From contig CAIIXF020000001.1 of NCBI GenBank assembly GCA_903813345.2, positions 26,288,001-26,352,000 on the forward strand: a stretch of 64,000 nt of DNA. The letters are read 5' to 3'. Made by a program: the position numbers and the translations under genes. Each line of letters begins with the position of its first letter. Within the stretch, counting starts at the first letter, position 1. Under the pieces are notes generated by a model. The model saw only the letters and a program-made list of their open reading frames with translations. It searched no databases and was not told the DNA's origin. Shown here in pieces: positions 53,301 through 64,000 of the stretch. This DNA comes from Owenia fusiformis (lineage: Eukaryota).

Positions 53301-56300
53301 TTCAGAACCAATCATTATTGTGTGATGAACTGCTCACACACAGGTTTCACATCATACTTGAAGCTTAACCTCCCTATTTAGTACTGATATACATGTGCAG
53401 TATTCGTGTTACTCTGTCTTATACTGTAAAACATGTTCTTTGATTATTTGAACTGTATGATCGAGAACAATGTAAAGCTCTTCTCAGCTATCCAGGACAG
53501 CTTCATCAAAAAAAAGAAATTATCCTTGGATATAGGTTGTTTGCGTAAATATTCAGTCACATGGATGTTTGTATACATAGAGTCTATGTGATTTAAACTA
53601 TACATGTAGTTTTAAAGGCTACCTTTTTTGTCAGTACATGTATTTCCACAATAAAACATAATGCCTGCATCTAGTGTTTTATATTAGTACACAGCGCTGT
53701 CGGTGATTGAATACTGTTTAGTTTTGAAAATGTGATATTTTTTTCAAATGTGGAAAACATTTACTTTTCAAATAATAAATCTTTCTAAAACAAAATAACC
53801 CGTTTCATATACCCGTATAAAAACAAATTCATAGACAAAACTTTCTGATTAATAAGCAGGAAGTTATCCATGTTCTTCATTACCTGTATATTATTCTAAT
53901 AGAGTAGCTTTATAGCCCTATTATCTGTCATGTAATATCTTTTTTCCAGTGTATGCATTAGACTCTGGTGTCTGTTAACATGGAGAGGGTACTAGTCTTA
54001 ACTACTCTGCTGTTTGCTAACATGGATATGGTACTATTCTTTCTTCCATAGAATTAATTCTATTGTAGAATTATTATTCTGTATCTTTTTCTTGCCTTTC
54101 CCACCAGGTTTTATGGAATGCTATGACAACTCAATCTAAAAGCAAAACAGTTGTTAAAGAATTTGGAGATAGGTCACAAAGAAAGATAATCTTGCTAATA
54201 GACTAGATGCGAGTAGGAATAATCTTGATTTACGTCATCAAAAATTCAAAATTCAGTCAAACTGATGTCATATTTGGAATCTACATGTAGAATTACATCT
54301 AGAAATGTGGTTTTGAAAAGAGTTTATCAACTTTGAAAATTTAGTTTTCTTTGAAAATGTGAATTCTAGGTCGGGGGGATTCCCCATAGAGCCCATGTTG
54401 TAAAATCACAAAAAGTTAAATATCTTTTCTTGTGTTGAGCAGATAATATTTTCCTTTACTGGACATATTTTAATTTGTATAACTATCAGATACATAAGAG
54501 TAGTATGAAAAATGAACCACTAAAACTGATGAATATTCAAGTTTAAGGGAATTTTGTAATACCCTGCCATGTTATTTCCCCCGACTCAGCCACCTGGTGG
54601 CGAAACTGGTAACTACCTACTCGCATCTGAGTAATTAAGTTGGAATGTTTACAACAGGTCTTGCATATTAAATTGCCAAATGTAAACATGTCCTAAAATT
54701 GTCTGACTAGACTCACCTTAGATGTCCAAACAACTTCATTGATGTTTGTCATTAGAAATTCTCATTTTTGTCCGATTTGAGAAAAAAAGCCTGAGATATA
54801 AGATGATTGTCAAGTGACTGTCCAGGCTACTATGTTCCATAAAACCATTTTAAAGAGGTAAAGGTATGAAATATTTTCTGACTTTACATGTATAATCTTT
54901 TTGTGCACTTTGTCTTCACTTTTTATCACAGATGTTATGCATGTTTGTAAATGTTAAAATAAGAAAAGTGTGTTGCTTTTAACTGTGTAATGGTTGCATG
55001 TACTTACGGGGTAGAATTTTTAAATTCAAAGCATTTCAACTCACATTTTAGTGACACTTTTCCTTCTTTGAAAAAATGCATTAAAAGAAGATACCAGGAT
55101 GATTAGTAGATTTTGATATTTGTACGCATGTTGTGTTTGTCATCATTTGATTCTTGGATGTAATCATTTCATTTTGCATGTGCACCTTTGCCTGATTGAA
55201 TGTCTCCTTACTTTAACACATTTGCATTCATGAACAATACAGTATCAGCATTTCATTGATTGTCTTACAATACACACATTTATGCCATCGCACCATTAAC
55301 TCTGATTGGAAAGTGTTTAAGACAAGTTATCGTCAGTAAGTTCAAATTGACAAGATCTTGTTCTCAGAGGCTGGGTAAAGTGGTGACACTCACCTTTAGT
55401 TGGTGACATTGTACCTTTTATGTCGTAACACATGGCTTTAAATCGTAACAATTGAATTGTAGAGGAAAAGCGCAATAGTTTTGCCCCACTGCCACCCATA
55501 GTTCTAGATGGCATAGAAATCCCAGGAGAGTTGAATCCCTTCAGCATGGACAGATTATACCATGATTATATCACAGGTGGGTCAATAATACATTTTGTAA
55601 TATGTTTTTATAAATTCAAAAAATGATCATTTTGCTATTTTAATCTAATACATACCATATATACTTGTATAAAGAAAGTGGGAGATTATCTGTTCTGGTA
55701 AAACCTACCTATATTAGTGTTGGTGAACTATAGATTTACATAGCCAGCCATGATCCATTTAAATATGTGAAAAATACAAAAATCTCAGTTGTTTTATCTT
55801 GGGCAGGATTGACTAGTTTTGTATTAGTTCTCCTCCTCCACCACAATTCCCTAGTGTGTTTGAAGAGAGAGAGAGGGGTGAACTCATGGAGGCAAGAGTA
55901 CTTGATTTAGTAAATTAAATATGATTATTAAATTGGGCAGGTCAATTATTTTCTTTTAGGTGAATCATTATTTAACAATATTGACAGTGAAGGCCCAATT
56001 CCAGAGTCTTCAGAGTTGGCGTTCTTGTGGCAGTATATAGCTGAGACTCAATTGCCCTGTAGAGCCCCACTTAGTGGTGATGAAATGTTCATGGAAGTCC
56101 AAGGTGTGTATATAGAGGTTAACCTATATGATGTTCAAGATATTGGATTATTCGGGGCCAGTGTAATTTGTCATCTGCTTGTGGAATGGCGTAGTGCTAA
56201 AGGGGAAAAGAGTAATTGACATATTAAAAAAACATAATTAGAAAATGGAACATTAAAAAGAAAACTCATGTGAATTAAAATCGAGTATCTGTCAAACTGG

Positions 56301-56979
56301 AAAAAATATCATGTAATTTTTTTATTGGTTGAAGTTTATTTACATGTTAGAAACATTAATACAGTGTAGGGCCTTGACCAAAACATTAATGCCCCTCCTT
56401 TTAAAAGAATGTTTTTTAATGGCATGGGTTTTCCGAACCTGAGATAGAAAGAGGTTTCTTTCAGTTTTCATGATTGTTCATCATATAATACCTATCTGAA
56501 GTTAGTGTCAATTCTGATTGTGCCCCTGTTTTTTGTGTCATACTGTTAAACTATATTTTATCGCCATAATCAAGGCTAATTAATGTGCCACATACTGATT
56601 AATTAGTTTCACCTAATAGTAATAAGAATCTAAAACACAACATGTAGAACTATTTTTACACAGTGAATTACAAGGATAAGACATACTGGAAGCTCAGTGA
56701 AGCGAAAGTAACATTTTATAATATTGAAATTTTGTAACGTTTTTTAATTATCAGCCCAGAGGATGCCATGTTTTTATCAGGAATTATTGAACAAACTTCT
56801 GCAATTTGATTTGGAGGATATTCTAAAAAAGGTTCCTTCATATTTTAGATGGTGTAGAATACACTGTACCAGTATTCATTGAGGATCTGTGCAGAGAGAA
56901 TACAGAAATGGGGTTGCTGAAGATCTCATTGGAGGAAACAAACAGATCTCTGAATTTACTGAAGGGCCAGACTGTATTT
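44303..56979 (+). CDS. EH-domain (Eps15-homology) protein: two EH domains, coiled coil, DPF and NPF motifs; 3' end unresolved
   Basis: In-phase GT-AG exons 44303-44404, 44898-44961, 46537-46769, 46879-47028, 47307-47391, 47664-47709, 47934-48014, 49587-49693, 50084-50198, (51221-51259 probable), 52245-52323, 55463-55576, 55960-56103, 56849-56979. EH1: GLVARDFLLTSNLPLRILSLVWNLTDVTNDNILSLREFTLTVHL. EH2: ATARNHLRCSGLSKEHLGEVWDIADIYREGTL. ATG at 44311, or an upstream ATG at 37365 spliced in phase 1. Confidence 0.8.
45679..45991. mobile_element. MITE with CACGGGCGTAG / CTACGCCCATG ends, 5-bp TSD AGTAT
   Basis: AGTAT at 45674-45678 and 45992-45996. Confidence 0.72.
49133..49330. mobile_element. 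198-bp MITE, TIR CAGGCCCGTAGCCAGGGGGGG, 5-bp TSD ATATT
   Basis: Perfect TIRs. ATATT at 49128-49132 and 49331-49335. Confidence 0.85.
52466..52882 (+). mobile_element. Short HINE-like element (third family)
   Basis: SubTIR ATCGCACTTT (52471) with adjacent IR; (GGGC)n microsatellite; two internal repeats (AACTTGAAAT.TTTACAGATGCAAGAGCAGACTAGT); AAAGTGCGAT at 52850-52859. Confidence 0.7.
54205..54628. mobile_element. Full copy of the ~414-bp GATGCGAGTAG MITE
   Basis: Reverse complement of 3411-3824. TIR AGATGCGAGTAGG / CCTACTCGCATCT. Confidence 0.8.
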
Positions 56980-57178
56980 GTGAGTACTTGTTTATGTTAT
57001 ATCTTTCACTCAGTGTGTACATATACATTTGTCTAGTATTATTGTCATAGTCTTTGGTTGGTGTTTGGCATTTGGTGTCTGTAACAAATGATAGGTGGTG
57101 ACATTTTACATGATAATGCCATGTGTTAAACATTCCAAAGAAAGAGACTAATGCTTGGGCTTCAGATTCATCGGCTGC

Positions 57179-57246
57179 GCCCAGCCGATTGAGTATTCTG
57201 TTCAAAACTGAATACAATTGTGAACAGGATACTCAATCGGCTGGGC
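57179..57246. repeat. 68-nt hairpin (26-bp stem, one G-T mismatch)
   Basis: GCCCAGCCGATTGAGTATTCTGTTCA / TGAACAGGATACTCAATCGGCTGGGC with a 16-nt loop. Confidence 0.75.
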
Positions 57247-58588
57247 ACCATCTGATAAATTGGAGCAAATGTGACCCAGGCATAAGTGCAAGACAGATAT
57301 AGTGAGATAATAGTTTTTTCTATAGTTAGGATAGATGGCAAGTTTGTCTGAAAGAAAGCGATGTTGTATACTATTAATCTCAAATGTAAAGAATTTTGAA
57401 GTAAGTTTATTTACTGTTAACATAATCATTAATTTACTCTCAAGTATACATATATGACATTGTGTATACATATGTTGTCAAAGCATGCATTTCGAAGAAA
57501 TTAAAATACCAGAGGTGAAGTGGGATCAGATTAAAAGCTCAAGTTCTTAAAAGAAGACGTCATTTCTTGAAAGCTCAAGGTGACATGCCCAAGGTCTAAT
57601 TTTGAGAATTATTTGTAAAATTTGATAAAAACAAACTGACTATAATGTAGGTAACTTTATCATGTTTGATAAACAACATTCAATTTGTTAGTGCCTAGAT
57701 CTAACATTCCATTTTTAGTGGTCAGGGACGACAGGGAGTGGTTAATAGATTTTGCTTGTTAGACAACCATTGCAGAAGTCAGTGGTTCATTTTCTTATAC
57801 TTTGTGTCTTAGACAACAAAGTATAATATACAAACCCAAGAAAAGAAATTATTCCATGTGTCTAACTAGAGAACTGCCCTTGTTTGATCCTGTAGTTGAG
57901 GCTGTATGTTTGACTATATTTGATTGAAGATAGCCAATAAAGGCTTTGTTATATAGCTATGAAATCTCACTGAAGTCTCATTTTTGATAAGTCTTTATTG
58001 GCATATTTAACCAGCAATATTTACACTTCATGTTCTTGATGTCAGATTTAAAATCTGCATATATTTCACGTGAAAGTTATTTTATTCAATTAAAAGGATT
58101 TTGGAAGTTGTAATCAGAAATAATTGATAAATCAAGAATTTAAATGGCTTTTGAAAAAAAAATTTTATTGTTAACAAGATTCACATCAGATCAGTTGTAA
58201 TTACAAAATCTATATCAAATTAAGAAGATAATTATAAACTGCCAGAAAGAAATCTATAATTTTTCAAATGATCATCGGTTAAAGTTTCTAGCCTAGAAAA
58301 AAAAATAAAAAAAGAGAAAAAAGATATCCATGATTCTGTGAATGTAAGTCAGTCTAGTCATTTCATAGACTTTCAGATGTTCAGATAAGATAATGGAAAC
58401 AAAAATTTTGTATGTCTGCATTTAAACAGACAGTTAGAATCAAGAGAGTAAAGTAGAGTGTGCACTGAACTCCTTGTCTCACCTACCCTAATTACCCCAT
58501 ATTGAAGGGAGTCAGTCCCAAACACCAATATCATTAGACAGTGTTTTCAAAACCCGAAAGAAATCGCTATATCTTAGAAAATACTTAA

Positions 58589-59249
58589 CCCTTAAATGAT
58601 CAACCGCGCTTTCAAGGCGCGCTTTCCATACCTGTTTCCATTTGTAATAAGCAGACATATGAAAAGTCGCGGGTTCCCCTATCCTAGCCTCGTTCTGAAA
58701 TGTGACCTTGAACTTTCCATTCAGGAAGTAAAAATTAGTTTATTTCGAAATTACTTTGTTTTTCATCAATTATTTCAACAATTTTGCACTCAAAGACAGA
58801 TTTTGAATAACAAAATGGCGTCTAATGGATGTCGACGAGTGTATGTTGAAGAAGCATTGCATATTATAAGGGATGAGCCGGGAAAAAGTGATAATTCAGA
58901 CTTCAATAGTAACAAGTAGTAGGTGAGTTTACAAAATTATAGAACAATTAACGTAGCTGACATGCAATTACAAGGGGTGACACAAGGTGTTACAGATTAT
59001 TTTGTGACACAGTAAAATCAGGTATATTTTTGGCTTTTCAATTTGATTTGATGAGCTACCATACCCATACCAGCTCTCTAATGTACAATTTTATGTAATT
59101 TCTGAATAGTTGATGGCTTGAGCATTCAGAAAATATATAGTTCCATGAGCTTTCTGATGCTCTATAGGATTTTATATCAATTTACACACGGACAGTCACA
59201 TTTTTTAAAGAAAATCTGAAACTTTTTATTGGTTTTGATCGTTTAAGGG
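58589..59249 (+). mobile_element. piggyBac internal-deletion derivative (661 bp)
   Basis: TTAA at 58585-58588 and 59250-59253. TIR CCCTTAAATGATCAA / TTGATCGTTTAAGGG. Remnant MASNGCRRVYVEEALHIIRDEPGKSDNSD from 58815 resembles piggyBac transposase N-termini. Confidence 0.8.
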
Positions 59250-59257
59250 TTAACCAG

Positions 59258-60237
59258 TTCATTTTTTCAGGAAAGAAAGAAGAGACCCTAAATGTATAGC
59301 CCCTGATGTTAGTTATGAAAACATAATGCCTTGGACACCTGCTCAAAAGATGTTTGTACTTTAGAACGTAGTCAGGGTTGACTGCAACCGCAATTAAACT
59401 GAATAACTTCTTAACCATAGTATTTTGGCACCTCAAATTTGGTACAAATTAATTTTATGCAATGTTTGTTAAATCTGTAGAGTTTCATCAAAATCACTCC
59501 AGGGACTTACCAGTCGTGGTCGAAATGCCTTCTAAAGTCAGCCTGAACCAGGATGTATGACTGCATTTTAAAGGCATTTCAACAACTGTAACGTCCCCTG
59601 GATTGATTTTGATGAAACTCTACTGATTTATTACACATTGAATGAAGATAATTTGTGCCAAAAGACCACATGCAGTATGGCTAGTGATTTTAGACGGTCA
59701 TGTCTTTCACCATGAGTACTTTCTGGGCATAAATACAGTGGTTTTTAGTAAAACAACATGTTTTCTTTCAAGTGAAGTACCCATGATGATAAAAATATCA
59801 ATCGAACGATTCGAAAAATTATGAATATGGACCCCATGTCAACATTGAAGTATTGAACCTATTTACTCAAAAGAGGATCTCCCTTTTCTGATTTTTATTG
59901 CACGAAAAGATTATTCAACAAGGGGTCTAAAACATCTTCAAAAATATAATTGTATTGAAAGTCTAGTTCTGAAGATATCAATTTTCGATGACCAAAATGA
60001 TGCTGAAGACAATGGATACCACGAGTTTCCCTATGGGAAAATAACATGGGATATGTGGTTTTAACTTTAGCGCATTTCAATACGCTTCCCCTTTTCAGAA
60101 ATTGTTCATATAGTGTAGAAGAAACTTTTGATATGTTTAAAATGAGAAAAGCAAGATTCTCTTAGAAAATAAGGCATTATGTTAACTATAGAAGCTAAAC
60201 ATTCAGGGTCTCTTCTTTCTTTTACTGAAAAAATGAA
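59258..60237. mobile_element. Decayed foldback element with nested Kolobok-like MITE fragment
   Basis: Outer arms TTCATTTTTTCAGGAAAGAAAGAAGAGACCCT / AGGGTCTCTTCTTTCTTTTACTGAAAAAATGAA. Inner inverted pair at ~59460-59545 / ~59565-59640. Confidence 0.55.
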
Positions 60238-61269
60238 TCACTATGTCATGGCAACCATATGATTGTTGTGTAAACAAATAACAAAACATCTTGGCATTAT
60301 GACGTCATGATTTAATGGACCAAAACTGGCCACGTGGGGACCAGTGAGAGATCACGTTGGGGCCAATAACGTCACAACCTATTCTAATATTGCTTATTAA
60401 GCAGTTATAAATGATCGTTAGAGAGAGAAAACATGTCCAAATACATTTATTAAAAAATTATATTGATTCCTTTAGGTCAAAAATACCATTTCATATCTGC
60501 TTTAATGTCAACAGTTAACACTATCCCTAAACTCAAGTTATGGTAACCTGTATTACATGATAAATGGGACAATGCAAATAAATGAATTATTTATTATTTG
60601 AAAGTAAGAGATTAAGTATGTACTGTGCTCTCATATATTTTTATGTTTACATTCCTGATGGACGTTTCATTAAAGATGATAAGTCACAATATGTACAATA
60701 CAAGACCTTTATATTTGTATTATGTTTTTTCTAATAAACAGCAGTTTTAAAATGTTCAAATCACCTTCAAGGTATACTATTGGACTCAATCCATTATAGG
60801 ATAATTTAGCAATGTTTGTGTTGTTTCCAGACCTTTGTACGAGTGCAGTTATCAGTTTCACTAGAATCTAAAATAGCCTGGGTGCAATAAAGTGGGTGCT
60901 TGGTTGATTATTCCATGCAATGCAGTTATATGAAATACTGTGTTCTGATTCAACTTGCCTAGCTTCAAGTGAAAATAGATTTAAATTATAATTCACCACA
61001 TTAGTTTTGCATAGACTTCTAAGATGATACAAACTAATGCAATGTATTGTACAGTATTCAAATACATGTATATCAAGCGTGTCACAGCCAATCAGCTTTG
61101 AGTATTTCAGTGCATTAATGTAAGGTATATGGACTATATGGTTGATCAAGTAAGCAGACATTTATTTTGTTAGTTCATTATGGTTTCATAATGAACTGAG
61201 TAGTGCCATTACTGGTAAAAGAGTGCTTCCACAATTACATTAATAAAATGTGTATTATATGACTCATTG

Positions 61270-61546
61270 CATGGGCGTAGCCAGGGGGGGTGCGATGGGT
61301 GCGATCGCACCCCCCCCATAACCTCTGAAAATATGACTATTGGATAGAGGTAGAAAAGAGCTTTAAAATGCTTTTTATTTGAAGCTTCTAGCTCAATTTT
61401 GAAGGAAGTTGCATCAATTTTTGTAAAATTCAAAAGAAATCTTAATTTTTTGTGTTGCTTATGGCAAAATCGCACCCCCCCTGACCGAAAACTGAAAAAT
61501 TTTCGGCGATCGCACCCCCCCTGACTGAAAGCTGGCTACGCCCCTG
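61270..61546. mobile_element. 277-bp MITE, TIR CATGGGCGTAGCCAG / CTGGCTACGCCCCTG, 5-bp TSD CATTG
   Basis: CATTG at 61265-61269 and 61547-61551. The body matches segments inside the composite elements (~10541-10700, ~15730-15890, ~16142-16310) and a decayed copy at 37921-38035. Confidence 0.85.
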
Positions 61547-64000
61547 CATTGTGGCAGGTATTTGTCTCATTTGATTATTTGAGGTATGTAATCATTTTAT
61601 AATTAGTTCATGAGAGGTCATTATTTACATGTACACATACATGTTTTAATCCATTCTGCCCAAAAATTTATTGCAAGTAATTTAAGTTATCTAAGTTCAA
61701 GGTACTACCTTTCTACCTTTAAACCATGTAATATAGAATCAAATATTTGTTGTTGGATCTGGCTCAAATCATTTGAGACAAAAATATTGAATCAAGAATG
61801 TGGCCAAGAAAGTCAGATGCTCTTTAAACTTTGGAATAAAAGTGAGATGCATAAAATTACGATATACTGACTTAGTTTTTTGTTTGGTAAATATTTAGAA
61901 TTGATACTAGATCCAGAGATTAATAATGGCTTATCTTCTCCACTCTACATACGCCACTTTTAAAAAATAAATATTCAATGAGATTTAGAAAAATTAGTGT
62001 CAAAGGTTAACTATCTGCTTAAAAGAAATTTGAAGACATGTCTTAATATAGTGAAATAACACTTGAATTTGCTTAAGCATCAATAGGCAATATATTATCT
62101 AAAGTAAGTGGTGTAGAGGGTGTCACCTTGTACTCTCATACATAAAGATTACAAGTCACCCTAATGTGAATTCAACTACAACCAAAGAAGCCTCAGATAT
62201 CTAAAAAGGTAAGAAACATAGAATTGATTTAATGTTTACAAATCTAAAAAAAAAAAGGTTATATAATTCATGTTAATTCATGTAATAGAGGGTAAACAGT
62301 CCACATTTGAATGTTAATTGATGGATTTGAATTTAAATGTATATTTGACAGTGGTTTTGATATTTGTACTTCGATTTCACTTTTAGTTTGATTTGTCTCT
62401 GTGTAAACTGGTTAGACCTTTTTAGTTCAGTGGTGTAGCGTGGGTATTTTGTTAGTGTACACTACGAGTGAGCCAAGAGAACAAGCCTTGTGGGGGTGGG
62501 GGGTCTAAGAAAATTTGAAAGTGAGATTACATTTGAAGTGTTCCGGGTGTAATTCGAAATTATGACTAATGTGGACTAATAAAATGTAAATTTTCATTTT
62601 TAAATGATAGCATGATAAAATAGGTGCCTCTCGAGAATAGATATATAATATCCAGTATTTTTAAAGTTTGGGGCAATTCAATATAAAAATCAACTTTTCT
62701 TTAAATTTTGAGAGTTGCCATAGCATTTTATGCATATATGATGCTACGCCAGTGAGTTAAGTGGTTACCAAAGGGTTTTCAATATTTCATAATGTTGACA
62801 TTTAGTATGAAGAGCTTTTCTGTAAATTTGGTGTATCCCTTCAATCAAGTGAAATACATTGTTGGTTTGATGGAGGTTTTCAGTATTGAATTATTTGTAA
62901 ATAGGGATGCAAACAGCCAGATTACTATTACTTTACACCAGAAGTGGCGACCTTTGTTATTATAGTCTCAAATATTTTTGTGTTTGGTAGTTGGAGTTCA
63001 GCATTCAGTGTCTGTAATAGTGGTCAGTATCTGTAACAAATGGCAGGTGATGCAATTTTGCATGTTAATGCCTTTTATCTAAGTAGTATATGCATTTATT
63101 AATTTGTCACTTCATACAAGATTTTGGAAGAATTGCATAAAAGAGGCTTAGCAAATTGATCCTCTGAATGAGAAAAATCAGTATTTTTGGCTAATACTTG
63201 GAGGCTCAATTTCGATACTGTTAATGTTTTTGTAAAAAATATTGATTATATCAGCTGCTGAATAAACTGTGAAATAACATCATGTCACATATCATTGATT
63301 TGTAAAATAATTTGTGAAAAGTATCCTTGCTATATTGATTCAAAATGAAAACTGAAACTTAATGACAATTTGCACATATACCGTAGTACATATTACATAA
63401 TTTTATTTTACAATAATTTGAATTTATTCCATAAGCTGTAATATCAAGGCACAAAATTAACAAGAATCAATCCATCATCTTCAAAAGTAATGGTTAAATC
63501 AACCTAAGATGTAATTTCATACAGTTGTTACCAGGATACTGTATATCTGGTATTTAATATTAAGGTCAATCAAACCTTTTCAATTTTACATTGCAGGGTT
63601 TTGCTTAGATTTACACATATTGATTAATTCATTTTATAAATCATTTGCATTTTGCCAATATCAGGGTTTGGGATTGAGGGTGGCCTGTGTAAACCTATTG
63701 TAGCACACATAGTGTTGGTGAAGAAACAATCACATGTCTTTGCATCACCACCAAAAATGGTAGCTTATTGTAATTGTTACTTTTTGTGACTTGTGTCCAA
63801 TGTTTGTGTCAGCATCAGTGTTCAGCATCTGTAACATATTGTCACAATTCAGTAATTGCAACCAGGTGGTGACATTCTGGGTATCTTATGCCTTGTTTAT
63901 TTTATTTTACCGTAGTTGGTGAGAATATATGTCAAAATTAAACAGAGAACATGAAACTGAATTGACTAGACTTCTATTACTTGATCCTTATCTCGTCTTT

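Noticed and set aside
54109..54175. Exon-like segment with a good acceptor inside the EH gene (also 51340-51372 and 46084 onward)
   Set aside because: Each introduces a stop in the required phase. They may be alternative or poison exons, but cannot be supported without transcripts.
62148..62214. Possible terminal exon of the EH gene (ITSHPNVNSTTTKEASDI*) followed by a GTAAG donor
   Set aside because: Weak acceptor, stops in all three frames and no homology support; left unassigned.

Overview
AT-rich, intron-rich animal genomic DNA, not prokaryotic. The repeat types resemble those of marine invertebrates, but the taxon cannot be fixed from the sequence. Five genes were reconstructed by hand from GT-AG exon chains with consistent phases: (1) the 5' part of MSH4 on the minus strand, running off the left edge; (2) an alpha-1,3-fucosyltransferase (GT10) nested antisense in a ~7 kb MSH4 intron; (3) a complete 18-exon DNA ligase IV (913 aa), head-to-head with MSH4; (4) a complete 7-exon V-ATPase c'' proteolipid (ATP6V0B, 209 aa, minus strand); (5) a divergent two-EH-domain/coiled-coil protein with DPF and NPF motifs, whose 3' end is unresolved. 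The non-coding DNA is dense with non-autonomous DNA transposons, many with readable TIRs and TSDs: CAG-ended hAT-like elements with 6-bp TSDs, 5-bp-TSD MITEs, Transib-like, piggyBac-like and Kolobok-like elements, foldbacks, and at least three Helentron/HINE-like families (one carrying a 2.5 kb satellite). The most unusual region is the MSH4 5' end: two inverted ~2 kb composite elements bracket the start-codon exons, and a third element carries a promoter-like core plus a splice donor in the MSH4 orientation. I cannot show a wholly new biological system from sequence alone. All family assignments come from motif recognition, not database searches.
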